Source: Mobula hypostoma (taxonomy: Eukaryota). Taken from it: a stretch of DNA of 64,000 nucleotides. Position 1 is the first letter of the stretch, and each line of letters starts with the position of its first letter. Below, one piece after another: positions 10,476 through 23,224 of the stretch. Position numbers and translations under genes: made by a program. The stretch spans positions 5,766,001-5,830,000 of the forward strand of contig NC_086097.1 in assembly GCF_963921235.1 (NCBI RefSeq), given 5' to 3'. The notes beneath the pieces are model-generated. The model was not told the DNA's origin. It worked only from the letters and a program-made list of their open reading frames with translations, and did no database searches.

Positions 10476-12094
10476 TTTCAAGAGCTGCCGGAACTACTTC
10501 CAGCAGTCTCGGAGTCAACTCTTACAACCACCACGGAGGCCCCAGAACCTGAAATTGTTTTCACAGCCACAAGTCTCACCTGCCAAGCAGAGTAATCCCC
10601 TTTGATAGGAACGACATTATCCCACAAGAGTAAGAATTCATTCACAGCGATTAAAACTTTAGATCTGAATAAGACCATTTAAAATTTACTATGTGTGGAT
10701 GCCAGTGTATAGTGGTTGTATTATAGATCCCAGTGTATAGTATTTCTATTATATAGTGTAGTGTGTATATAGTTGAGATGCATTCTATGTTGAGTTGGAG
10801 TTTGTAGCTAAGTAGGGAGGAGTGTTCCATATTTAATACTTTAGTAATATCTGAGTAATCTTGAGTATATATTGGTTAAGCATTCTTGATTGTTAAAATA
10901 ATTTATAACGGTTATATATAAAAAATATGTTAGTTGCATATGTCATCACGCTACCATGTGATACGTGCGCACCTCGCTTAGAGTAAACTAGATGTTACAT
11001 CCGTATTTTTGGACTCCTGTGTTTTTTTTGAATTAATTTAATGTTTTGAAGTTGCAAGACATAACACACCGCACCTGTAGAAATTTGTGAGAGATTTGGT
11101 GACATATCAAATACCTTCTATAACTTTATTATTAACTGCATTGAACCTTGTGAATATCGTTCGGATGACGGATGTGATAAGCTGCATTCAATTTGATCAA
11201 GTTTTATACAAAAAGCTTTAGTGAAAACTGGGGTCTTGGAGGTTACTATTTCAACAGTATTCAGATCCTGCAGAATGTCTGATTAAAACAGATCTGATTT
11301 GGATTCTGAACTCTCCATTTGATAGCAGGCTTTAGGTAAAGAAAGACTAACTGATCATTTATAACCCCCCAGATTTCATTTAAATATCAAAAAAAAGGTT
11401 TGCAAGTAGCAGATGCTCAAATATGCTCCAACTAAAAAGCAGTGAAGCAGTATTTTCCCCAAACATCCCAAATTTACATCAGTCCATCTTCCCTCCTTAC
11501 CCAAATGATTACTCTAACTACTTTCATTGAAAGATTCAGATGTCTCTTACTTTGATCAATGTAGACATTGTCCAGACTGTTAAAAAAGATTAAGATGAGA
11601 TTTTGTTTTGTTCCGTGTCTTCTGCCTTCCACCCATCTTGGATCTTTTATTCCATTGATCCTGAACCACGTTTTCTAGATCCAGTCATTCTGAGCACTGA
11701 TGAAAGATCAATAAACTGAAGTGTCAACACCGTTTCTTTCTTTGCAGGTGCTGCACAACCTCTTGAACAATTCATGCATTTACTATATTTTTATTGAGTG
11801 TCCAACAGCAATCATTCAAACCTTTTAAATACTGGAAACATGCACAGTGTGTAGAGTTCTGCAAATACAGTTAAGTAATTTTCGGTTGCCTTTTCCTTGC
11901 CTCATATGCCTGGATCATACTATCATAGATTTGACACAGCATAGAAGGACATTTGGTTAATGAAGTCTATGCTAGCTGCTAACAAAGCAATATCATCAGT
12001 TCTATTCTAACTCTGCCAAGGACGGTCCCAAGCCTGGCTGCTATAGGAGGAGGGTTAGACATTTAGCTTGCAACCCCATTCCATAAAAGATTTC

Positions 12095-12465
12095 CCCTCA
12101 AGGAAACTATACAGACTTTCATGTATTTTATCCTGTACCTCCAAGTACCCCGAAACCTTGATAATGGACTCAAACATCTTCCCAACAAACTGAAGTCAGG
12201 CAGACTAGCCTGTAATTTCATGCCTTTTGCTTTCCTTCTCCGTTCTTAGAGTGTAGAGTGACATTTGTGATTTTCTAGTTCTCTGGGACCATTCCAGAAT
12301 CGAGTGATTCTTGAAAGCTTATGGACGATGTCTCTACAATCTCTTCAGTCACCTCTTTCAGAAGTCTGGGGTGTAGTCTATCAGATGATTTATCCATATT
12401 CAGACCTTTCAGATTCCCAAGTACCTTCCTATTAGTAATAGCAACTGCACTTACTTCTGTCTCGG
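12095..12465 (-). mobile_element. CR1 RT fragment
   Basis: KVLGNLKGLNMDKS..RLHPRLLKEV.EEIVE....FQESLDSGMVPE. Confidence 0.85.
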
Positions 12466-13789
12466 CATATTGGATTCCATTCTGATTGCTGCAACACAGG
12501 ATGGATGTGGCAGCAACAAGGAGAGTGCATAACAGATTCAAGTTCAAGTGTGATTATTACTCAATCATACACATGAATGCAGACGAATGAAACTGTTCCT
12601 CCAAGGCCAAGGTGCTAAACACCGAACCAACAGCACATTGCACATTGCACATCTAGCACACATAGTTATGACAGCAGAAAAATATACAGTCACAAAGAAA
12701 TAATATGGCCCCAGACCTTGAGTAGATTGATGGTGCATGGGATGTTGTCCCACAGCCATATTTCTGCAAGAACAGGCCCATAGCTATTCCTCATCACACG
12801 CTAGTGCAGCCACAGATGAACACAATCCAGCTTGTCTTCCACCGAGCAAAGACTGGAGAGCAGCACCAATTGGCGGGCCAGTCCCAGACCCTGCATGAAC
12901 TCCTGATCCCTCCCACACAGCCTCTGGCATCTCTTTCCTGAGCAGCTGCAACAGGCGATACTGTGGCATGTGGACCTGGCCCGTGCAATAACTGGGGCAA
13001 CGCAGACCCCCCTCCCGCCATCAGTCTGACCAGTGAACCAGACTTGCAGCATTCTACACTACTAATGCTCATCAGGGACCTGCGATCACAAAAAGAAACA
13101 TCCAAGGCAATCACTTGCATCATCATCTGTTGGACTGCTAGGACGGAGCATGGAGTGGAGGGTTAACGAATACTTCAGACTGTATTGATAATATTTGTGT
13201 TTGTTGGCCCACTACACAATAGCCCATACTGAAGCCATTCTGCTTCCAGCCTGTGGTTCCCTTGGTTACAGCACAGGCATGTCATCGTTAGATGTATTCA
13301 GAAGCTCATTCACATTCTATTCCAGATGTGGCCTGACTGATAATTGCACCTCAATTGTGGAAAAAAAATGAGAACTGCTGGATTCTGATGGAAAAGCTAT
13401 AAGAGAAAAGAAAAGCACATAAAATCAAATCTCTGGCAAGTGAGTCTTCAAAGTTTTGTGTGTAAATCTGTAGTAAATGCACTGCCGCAATCATCAACAG
13501 TGCAATCAGTAGCCTGACCTTGCTAATGCCCAAATAAATCCTCCCTAAATGACATGCAGCATCTGCTGTTTTTCACGCCTTTTCCTACGCAAAATGACAA
13601 GATGAATTTCAGCATGCTTTACATTGCTTTACATAAAGTGCTCTCTGACTACATTTTACTTATGAATGAAGGAGGCTATTTAATTTTAAACAAGTCAGCA
13701 GCATCTGATGTAAAATTTTCCGGCATTTGACTATGCTCCGTTTGGGAATTTGGGGAAATCAGCATGACAGGAATAGGATTTCCTGTGGA

Positions 13790-13868
13790 CAGGGGTTCCC
13801 AATTTTTTTATGTTATGGAGCAATACCATTTAGCAAGAGGTCCATGCACCACAGATTGGGAACCCCTG
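13790..13868. mobile_element. hAT-type MITE, 79 bp
   Basis: Perfect 13-bp TIR caggggttcccaa / ttgggaacccctg, with a TCTAGA-like target on the right. Confidence 0.8.
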
Positions 13869-13879
13869 TTCTAGAGAGA

Positions 13880-14340
13880 GTCATTGATTCATAGAAAAGT
13901 ACAACACAAAAACAAGACCTTTGGCCCATCTGGTCTGTGCTGAGAGTCATTTAAACTGCCTGCTCTCACCGACCTGCATTAGGACCATATCCCTACTATC
14001 CATGTACCTATCCAAACTTCCCTTAAATGTTGAAATGGAGATCACATGCTCCACTTGTGCTGGTAGCTCATTCTACACTGTCATGACCCTTTGAGTGAAG
14101 AAGTTTCCCCTCATGTTCCCCTTAAAATTCTCACCTTTCACCTTTAACACATGACCTCTAGTTGTAGTCCCACTCAACCTCAGTGGAAAAATGCTGCTTG
14201 CATTTACCCTATCTGTACACCTCATAGTTTTTTTTTACCTCTATCAAATCTCCTCTCAATATTCTATGTTTCAAGGAATAAAGTTTTAACCTACTCAATC
14301 TTCCCTTATTACTGAGGTCCCTCACACCCAGCAACACCCT
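13880..14340 (-). mobile_element. CR1 3' end
   Basis: Reverse of RGH..KVKGE.F.GNMRGNFFTQRV plus the CR1 3' UTR. Confidence 0.8.
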
Positions 14341-14834
14341 CCAGAGGTTACAGAAGACCAGTTTATAATAGTCCTGGTAGGCAGAGTCAGATCCCTGCTC
14401 ACCGCAGGCAGCTGAAGGTTTTCTGTTCTTCCATTACTTTTTCTATTTTTATTAACTTTAGTGATCAATATGAACCACATAGGACCGAGGATAAATGGCA
14501 ACTCTCTCCCAAATAACAGTGAGATGATTTATCATATAATAAATGAAATGTCTCTCATGACAGTTCTCCAAAAATCAGATTATCTTCTTGAAGCTTGAGA
14601 TTCTGGTCCACTTGTTTAATTACACAAAATCTATTTCTGCCCACCAAGACTTTTTTTTAAAAAAATAACAACTATATTTACTGCAACATCCTTTCTGCAG
14701 CTCATAAGCTCTGTTTGGGTCGTAAGAAAGATGCAACGTTGAAATTGACCTTACTGAAAATAAAAGTGTTTTCTTTTTTGTCAGATCTCTTGGCTGTGGT
14801 ACTTCCTTTTAATCCTGTGCACATCCAGATTTCT

Positions 14835-15225
14835 CTGGCAAGGTCAGTATTCGATGCCTGGCCCTCACTGAGAAGATCGAAGTCAGCTGCTTACTTGAAC
14901 AATTTATAGTGAAGGTGTTTTCACCGTGTTATTTGGCAAGAAATTATATTGTTTCAACCTTTGACAGTTTTGAAATCAGGGGGTGTTCTAATCTGAAGGA
15001 AGTTTGTTGTAGTAATTGCTTCCATGAGCTGCAGGAGGCAAAGGTTTAGTCTGTAACGTGTAAGATGTTTGGTGAGGTGCGACTTTGCATTTTGCTGATG
15101 GTGAACACTGCAAACATTGTGCACTACTGGCGGCAAGAATGAATGTTTGGTGCAGTTGACAGCAATGCCACTGATGTCGAGGTCCTCAGAGCTGTTGGAA
15201 CGACATTCATCCAGGCACGCTCCTG
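14835..15225 (-). mobile_element. Old, highly diverged CR1/L2-group LINE 3' fragment
   Basis: Resembles from memory a shark LINE 3' segment (ggcaaggccagcattt...gagctgcactcatccaggca). Confidence 0.4.
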
Positions 15226-15364
15226 ATTTAAACCTGGAGGCTGCTGGAAGGGTTTTGATGAGATAGGAGATAAGTCTATGAAGGTGACTATTTTGGTTCA
15301 CTCTCTTCGTCTTGCCCTATTGTTATTCATCTTGTATATATATATATATGTGTAATTTATGTTA

Positions 15365-15925
15365 GGATGTATGGGGTGTCACGGAGGGGTAGCACCTCTG
15401 GTGGGGGAACATGTCGCATCCTTTTCAAGGCGGTTAGTCCACCTTTGGTCCCCACCTGGCACTCAGCTCTCACCTGTGGCTCCCCGTAGCTGTTTGCATG
15501 CGACAGCAGTCACACCCCAGGCAACAGCTTCGACAAGCCGGCTAAACCAGGTGAGGGTAGCCGACGGGTCTCAAACCCTCGGTGAGATAGGGAGTTGTCT
15601 ATCCCAGCATGTGAAGACAGACTCCGGCGGATTGAGCGGACGAGACCAATGGAAGGTCCAACGGTCAAGAAGGCGGTCTCTGCAAGCGTCGTGGAACGTG
15701 TAGAGCAGGATAAGACACAGAGACATCCTGGTCATCCACTGCGCCTAGTCCCATCTCCAGCCATCTAGACTCTGTCTTGCCACTGGATCCAGATGGGAAT
15801 TGGGAATAAAGAGTGAGGCTGACGCTGCGCAACTCTCCCTCACTTAAATCCAAATCACGCGCTAGTCTCGACACCATCATAATGGTGTCGAGGTCCTCAT
15901 CGACGTCAATGATGGATGAACAAGA
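15365..15925 (+). mobile_element. Non-coding retroposon, probably RTE-mobilised, with 12-bp TSD
   Basis: TSD taatttatgtta at 15353-15364 and 15926-15937; 3' hairpin ctcgacaccat-cata-atggtgtcgag; second copy at 37630-37797. Confidence 0.75.
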
Positions 15926-16544
15926 TAATTTATGTTAATTTAAGTTTTAAGATAGCACTGGTGAATCTCTATGGCTTCTGGCTAGTGGCTAACAAAATAA
16001 GGAAATCAACTAAATACTTTGTTAATCACTCTTTTTCTGGCAAGCAATCATCACAAGCAATAGTCTGTAACTTTTCTTTGGGCTTGACAGCAATTCAATG
16101 TGGCAGAACTGAGGTGAGGTGAGGCAGTGGGCCCATCACCAGGGGCAAGGAAGAGCCAAAGTTCGATCAATTGAAGAGTCAGGTCGAATTGGAAAGGTGG
16201 GAATTGAATTGTGGGGGGTGGGGTGAAGTCCAGGCCCCATAGCTAGATTGAAAAGATCAGGGTGTCAGGACTCGAGGCAAGGGACAGGCTGGTTCAGCTC
16301 ACTGCTCCACTCTGCGCTGAGCTAAGGATCTGGGGACGGATTCTTTGTGGACTTCAGTTCAGAACACTATTTGCTTTCTTTTATTGTTTCCAGGATTTGT
16401 GTTTTCTCTCCGCACATTAGGTATTCGATGGTCTTTTTTTTAATGAGTTCCTTGTTTTGTGGCTACCTGTAAGGAGACAAATCTCAAGCACCCAATAATG
16501 TCAAAGTACTTTGAACTTTAAAGTTCAAATTAACTTCTGTTATT

Positions 16545-16990
16545 TTAATAATAATAGTGATAATAATAAATTCTTTATAGAGCACTTTTTATACAGATAG
16601 AACTGTGCTTTACAATGGGATAAAGTGAAAACATAAAAAATTTTTTAAAAGATGTTAAGAAAAGGTTAAATAAATAGGTTTTGATCTGGAGTTTAGAAGT
16701 GTCAATTGAGTCTGCATCCCTTATAGTTTTAGGTATTGAGTTCCACAGTTTAGGAGCATAGCTCAAAATAAGTTGAACTGCCAATTATCTTTTGAGGGAG
16801 ATTGTTTAAATTTAAGAGACCAACAGAAGAAGACTTGAGAGATCAAGCAGGATTTTCAGACAAAAACGATTTTGTGACGTACTCTAGTCCCAGACCATTG
16901 AGAGCTTTAAAAACAAGTAAGCAAACTTTAAAATCAATTTTAAAAGAAACAGAAAGCCAATGCACAGTAGTTAGCATGGGAGTAATATTC
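16545..16990 (-). mobile_element. L2 LINE 3' end
   Basis: ITPMLTTVHWLSVSFKIDFKVCLLVFKALNGL, SYAPKLWNSIP, KLQIKTYLF; (att)n tail. Confidence 0.85.
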
Positions 16991-18200
16991 AGTATGCAGC
17001 CCTGAGGTGCTCCTGTATTGAGAGTCAGAGAGTTGGAGGAGAGGGAGCCCACTCTTACAACCTACCGGCAATCTGACAGAAAGTCCAGAATCCAGCTGCA
17101 CGAGGCAGGGTCAAGGCCAACGGCTCTGAGCTTCTTGCTGAGCCTGGATAGAACTATGGTGATGAATGCTGAACAGTAGTCCAAGAACAGCATTCTCACA
17201 TAAGCATCCTTCTTCTCCAGATGTGTAAGGACGGTGTGTAGAACAGTGGCTATTGCATCATCTCTCGATCGGTTGTGTCAGTAGGTTAATTGTAGGGGGT
17301 CAAATTGGGTGGTAGCAAACAGCAGATATAACCCTTGACCAGCCTCTCAAAGCATTTGTTTATTATTGAGGTGAGTGTGACAGGACACCAGTCATTCTGA
17401 CATGTTACCTTGGTCTTTTTTGATACAGGGACAATGGTGGATAATTTGAAGCCGGAGAGCACTGTACATTGGGAGAGAGAGAGAGAGAGAGAGATTAAAA
17501 ATGTCTGTAAACACACCTGCCAGTTGTGCTGTGCACATCCTGAGCACTCGGCCTAGGATGCCGTCCGGTCCCTCAGCCTCGTTGGAAGCATCTGCGTACC
17601 TCAGCCTCAGAGACGACCAGGCTGCAGGCTGTAGTGGGGGCTTTCCTTGGTGGTTCAGAGTCAGTGACATCAAACCCACTATAAAAGCGATTGAGCTCAT
17701 CTGGGAGAGGGGCCACGATGTTGGCGGCACCACAATGTTTGGCTTTGAAGTCTGCGATGGTATGCAGCCCTCGCCACAAGTCACGTGTATTATTTGTTGT
17801 AAATCTTGACTCAATATTCTCCTTATATTGTTGTTTTACAGCCTTATAGCTTTTTGCAGATCATAGCTGCTTTTCTTGAGCTCTAGTTGATCGCCAGCGA
17901 TGTAAGCTCAATGTCCCACTGTAAGTGTTGCTCGCCCGGAACTATTGATCCAGGGTCTCTGTTTTGGGAAGACATCGACTGTCTGATTGCTGGGATTGCT
18001 GGATGCAAGGGAAGGATCACTGACAACGCTAAGGGAACAGTGTATGCAGCGCTCCAGATAAAAATCTCTAATGGGTGGAATAAAGACCACCCAAGTGCAC
18101 CAGTTAACGCAATAATGGCAAGAGCAATGGTTGTGTAAAATTTCTGAAGGTGATCTTGTCTCCACATTGGGATAGTCTGTTGTGTAGCAGAATCATCATG
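16991..18200 (-). mobile_element. Rex1/Babar RT region, with (GA)n at 17472-17493
   Basis: FPKQRPWIN, LPDELNRFY..FD, GPDGI.GRVLR, CFERLV, LTLNTGAPQGC. Confidence 0.9.
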
Positions 18201-18539
18201 CTAAGTGAGATAGACTCAGAACAGATTGAGTATCACAAAATGGATGTCCGTGAAGCAGTCTAGATCATTAACAGTGGCTTCAAGCACTTTACAATGTATT
18301 TTAAGAATTAATTTGTACATTCAATGCTCACACTTATTCTCCAGTGCTAATTGTCCTAGGATTGAGTGACTTACTGGGCCATCTCTGAGTGCAATTAAAA
18401 AGCTGTTTGGTCTGGAGGGAAATGAAGTCAGAATGACAGATTCCCCTCCCAAAGGACAGACATTTTCGTTCCCTGCAGTGATCCAGTAAGTTTAGATACC
18501 ATGTTAAGGAACCGGAGCCGCAGCTTGATGACCTTCAGT

Positions 18540-19180
18540 TCATATGGGACAATGAGGAGGAGATAGTTAGGGGGCACAGGGAGACAGGAGTCAGATTCCT
18601 GGGTGACTGTCAGGAAAGGGCAAGGGTCAAAGCGGTCAGTGCAGAGGACCCCCGTGGCCATTTCCCTCAATAATGAGTACACTGTTTTGGATACTGTTGG
18701 GAGGAAACAACTTACCAGAGAGAAGCCCACAGTAACTGGTTCTCTGCACTGAGTCTAAATCTGTGGCTCAGTAGGGAAGGGGGGAGAAGACGAGTGCAGT
18801 AGTGTCAGAGCAGAGGAGCAGAAAGAAGATTCTGCGGATGTGAAGGAGACGCCAGGATGGTATGTTGCCTCCCAGGTTCCAGGATAAGGGACATCTACGA
18901 CTGGGTCCACGTCATTCTAAAGGGTAAAAGGTGAAAATTTTAATGGGATGGTGAGGGAAAACTTCTTCATTCAGAGGGTGGTGAAAGCATGGAATGAGCT
19001 GCCTGCACAAGTGGTGCATGCAAGCTCGATTGCAATGTTTCAGAGACGTACATGGACAGTAGGGGTATGGAGGGCTATGGTCCATCGGCCAGTCGATGGC
19101 AGTAGGCAGTTTAAATGGTTCAGCACTGACTAGATGGGACAAAGGGCCTGTTTCTGTACTGTATTTTCCTATGACTCTAT
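18540..19180 (+). mobile_element. CR1 ORF1 piece joined to a CR1 3' end
   Basis: WVTVRKGQGSK...IS(P)LNN.Y..LDT and MVCCLPGSRIRD of ORF1, then FFIQRVVKAWNELP. Confidence 0.7.
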
Positions 19181-19864
19181 TGCAAAGTATTTGCTGCTGA
19201 AAAACAACAAATTTCAGTGTGCCAGTGATACTAAACCTGATTCAGATTATGATTTTGATTATGATCTGGGGTAACAATATATTTGTTCTCCTTTACACTT
19301 GTGTACTAGAAATGACATTAAACAATCTTGAATCTTTGCAGCTTACATTGATTCTGTTAATTGATTTAGTGGTGTTCAGTAGTAATGAGCAGCAATAAAT
19401 GAATGGAAACTATACAAACTATTGTTAATTTTGTTCTCCAGCCATTCTTATCTCCTGGGTATTGATGGAATCCTGTAGATGCCTGATCGGATTGTAAATT
19501 TCCTTTATCCTTTGCTTGTGGAATATTAAACATATTATAATTCCCTATTCTCTCTCATCATTCCACTCCACAATGTTGAGCCTGTGTGGCACAGGAATAG
19601 ATCACTCTGAATTTTACTATCGAGGGCCTCCTTCTTCAATTGCCTGATGTTCCTTGTGGAGAGAAATGTGTGAGCAGAGCATCCAGCCAGTAAACCTTTA
19701 AAGGAAGAATTCCAAAGGGGAGATGGACAAGTGGAGAATGCTAATGCAAGGGTAATGTGGTGCTTCTGTTGCAGAATAAGAACTTCAGAATTGAACGATA
19801 AACATTCAAATAGTATTGTGAAAGAGGCAGAAACCTATACTTAGTTCAATAAATAGTCAATGGG

Positions 19865-20232
19865 CGGTGGGGTGAAGATACATTTCTACCAAAGAAGGTG
19901 TAGTGCGCTCCTTCCCGCTGTTAGCCTGCAGGTCACCCTTAATCAATGTGTAACACCTGCTTAGTGCCACCACCCCCCCCCCCCAATCAGATGGTGGATG
20001 GTCGTATGAGCAGCAGGTACATATCACAATTCCTGGTTATGCGACCACTGACGCCAGGCAGACAACAATCTCTGAAGAGTATTGATAATGGCTGGGGTTA
20101 CCCATCTTGCAAAGACACTGCCCAGAAGGAGGCAATGGCAAACCACTTCTGTCGAAAAATTTCCCAATAACGATCGTTGTCATGGAGACGATAATCACCC
20201 ACATCACATGACAAACATGATGATGATGATGA
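19865..20232 (+). mobile_element. BovB/RTE-related short element; other copies at 3813-4345 (-), 46757-47100 (-) and 55150-55396 (+)
   Basis: Shared cccagaagRaggcaatggcaaaccacttct motif like Bov-A and Sauria SINE; (tga)n tail. Confidence 0.65.
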
Positions 20233-20551
20233 AACTGTCAAGTTTGAGGCCACAGAAGCACAGTAATTTAAGTGCCTGAATTAGCATAGAGACTGAAATG
20301 TGATTTTATAAAGGTGCATTAGATTATGGAGTGTGGCATAGATGGGGTAAATTCACACAGTCTTTGTCACTGGGAAAGGGAAATTATTTATTTATTTGTT
20401 TGTTTAGCGATACCATGCCCTTCTATCTCAATGAGCCTCCCAGTAACCTACATATTCAACCTTAGCCTAACCACAGAACAATTTAAAATGATCAAATCAA
20501 ACACCAGAGGCCATAAGTTTAAGGTGAGAGGGGAAAATATTAAAAGTGACC

Positions 20552-22357
20552 TGCATAAACCTACATAAAAGTGAATTTTTCCCTTTGAACAATTTGGTAC
20601 TAATAAATTCTAACCTTTCTTTTAAAATTGTAAGAAACCAATTTACTTATTTAGGTGTAACAATTGCTAAAAATTATGTGTCTATTTCAAGAAAATTTTC
20701 TTACTCTATTGAATCATGTAAAAAGAATATTAAATTGGTCGGCTCTTTCTTTATTGTTAATTGGTCGAATAATCTCTATCAAAATGAATATATTACCTAA
20801 ATTTATATATCTTTTTCAGGCATCGCCGGTTTTCATTCCTAAATCCTTTTTTGGTTTTCTGGACTCTATTGTATTTTCTTATATATGGAAGAATAAGCAT
20901 TCTAGATTAAATAAAATTCATCTTCAGAAAGATGAGAAAAATGGAGGATTAGTTTTACCAAATTTTAGATTTTATTATTGGGTAGTTAATATAAGAAATC
21001 TTACATTTTGGTTATATTGTATAAACCGTGAGGATTCCCCGAAGTGGATTTTTTAGAAGCTAATTCTATTAATAAATTCTCTATTATTTATCTTCTTGGA
21101 TCCTCACTTCCTTTGTTTTTAAGTAAGTTAACTGATAATCTGGTAGTTAAGCACACTATGAAGATTTGGATACAATTCCGAAAATATTTTGGCTTATTGA
21201 GATTTTCTCTTTTGAGTCCCATTTTTTCTAATTATTTTTTTTAAACCCTCTATGATTGATGTGGCTTTTAAAGAATGGGATAGATTAGGTATGAAATGCT
21301 TTCAGCACTTGTTTGTAGAGGGAAGTCTTTTTTCATTTGAACAATTGTCAACTAAATATCGCTTACCCAAAACTCATTTTTTTTTGATATCTACAAACAA
21401 GAGGTTTTTTACGGTCTCAAATAAGTACATTTCCTAAAAGTCCTGATAAGAATCTACTAGATGTAATTTTTAATCTGAAACCTTTTTATAATGGATCTAT
21501 ATCTAATGGAGTATTTATAATATGCTGTTGGGAATGAGAAGTGTTCCTTTGGATGAAATTAAAAATCTTTGGCAACAAGATTTACAGACTTCATTTCATG
21601 AGGAAACTTGGAATCAAATGTTTGCACTGGTCAACACTTCATCGTTATGTGCCCATCACTCTCTCCTTCAATTTAAAGTAGTCCATAGGGCCCATATGAC
21701 CAAGGATAAGTTGCCTCTTTTTTATTTAGTTATATCTCCGTATTATGATAAATGTAATAATGGAGAAGCTTCACTCATTCATATGTTTTGGACATGTCTG
21801 AGTCTTGAAAAATATTGGAAAGAAGTATTTCAAACCTTTTCGATACTTTTTAAAGTAAATTTCAAGCCTAATCCTTTGACTGCTTTATTTGGTATTGTTG
21901 GAGGAAAGGATATTACTTTGGAGCCATCTGATTAGCACACTTTGGCTTTTATGTCTCTTATGGCCAGTAGGACACTCCCGCTTAAATGGAAAGATATGGC
22001 CCCTCCTATTCACGCCCAATGGTTACGTGATGTGATGTCATGTTTAAATTTAGAGAAGATTTGATGTTCAATCTTTGAATCTAATCAAGACTTTCAAACA
22101 TTGTGGGGACCTTTTCTGAATTATTTTAAAAATGTTTGATTTGCTATTGAAGCACAGATGATGACTAACAATCTTTTTTTCTTTTTTTTCTACTAATCAG
22201 CTTTGGTCTTGGTAGCGGGTTAGATTTTTTTAATATAATAAAATTATTATTTTTCAATGTTGTGAACTAATTGACTTGTACGGATATAGGGTAAGGAGTC
22301 TTTATATGCAATTCAGCTTAATGTATTGGCATATATATTTGTTTCCTGTATTCTGTA

Positions 22358-22392
<35 letters not shown>

Positions 22393-22434
22393 TAATAAAA
22401 ATATTGAAAGAGATAAAACATGCCATTGTAAAAA
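20552..22434 (+). mobile_element. 5'-truncated L1 (ORF2 C-terminus, 3' UTR, poly-A) inserted in a CR1 3' fragment
   Basis: FTYLGV, GRIISIKMNILPKFIYLFQ, GGLVLPNF..YYW, LQFKVVHR...C...HMFWTC; AATAAA at 22394; TSD aaaagtgacc at 20542-20551 and 22435-22444. Confidence 0.92.
22361..22389. repeat. (AT)n microsatellite
   Basis: About 14 AT units in the L1 3' UTR. Confidence 0.95.
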
Positions 22435-23224
22435 AAAAGTGACCGGGGTGGATTTCTTCATGTGGAGGATGGTGTATTTATAGAACAAGCTGCCAGAGCA
22501 AACAGTTGAGGTAGGTACATTATAACATTTAGAAGACATTTGGTTAGTATGTGGATATGGCGTGATGCATATTCATTTCTTGACCACTAAGATTCTTTCT
22601 CTTTCTTGGTTGTTTACCAGTCTTGATTTCTAAACACAGCATCTGCCACTTGTAAGATCACAAACAGATGTAAGTAAACTTCCAACAAACAGTTTTCAAA
22701 CTTTTGTTGTAAAGGGAAGTCTGTCTTCAGTTTTTGAAATGTAAGTGGAAAGCTCTAATCACCTTGAGGTTAAAACAAGTATTGTCTACAGACCAACTTT
22801 GCAAACAAGCTTTGTGAACATTGGATGTTCTGCCTAAGAGAAGTAAGGTTTAAATCACTACACCTGCTTTATTGCTGCTCAAAATGCAGTATAAATCAAT
22901 GGGTTGCTTACTTAGGGTTGTCTCAAACAGACAAGCTGACTCTTAACTTGCTTGGGTCAAGGAATCTTGTAGAACAGATGAGGCCTATATATTGATAGAC
23001 TATTATTTATGCTATCAATAGCTTTGACATGTTTACTGTTGGAAGGTTTTATGTGCTCACAGCATTAATGATATCTAGATAAGATCCATGTCTCAAATGC
23101 TTTTAGACCATTTGTGACAAAAGGATTTCTGAGAAACTATCACAGGCTTGTGAAGTCACTTAAGTGAGAGAAAAAAGGTATAAATGTGAGGAAGAATTCA
23201 GGCTTATTAGGAATGAGGTAAGGA

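Larger units (their letters stand above)
7995..11066 (+). mobile_element. Non-autonomous Gypsy LTR retrotransposon (two zinc knuckles, Mag-like) carrying an RBM25 cDNA fragment
   Basis: Partial 5' LTR about 7995-8188, degenerate PBS tggcaatggag at 8190, gag, protease region, RBM25 segment, integrase C-terminal tail, PPT agtagggaggag 10811-10822, and 3' LTR 10823-11066 (TG...CA) sharing catca.gctaccatgtg.tacgtgcg...gactcct...tgaattaatttaat.ttttga with the 5' LTR. Confidence 0.85.

Noticed and set aside
14785..14842. Candidate exon after a strong polypyrimidine-AG acceptor
   Set aside because: Weak donor lying in an old LINE fragment, and the peptide is not recognisable.
16843..17052. Rex1-L2 chimeric ORF
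   Set aside because: Abutting truncated LINE pieces, with no evidence of a mobile chimera.
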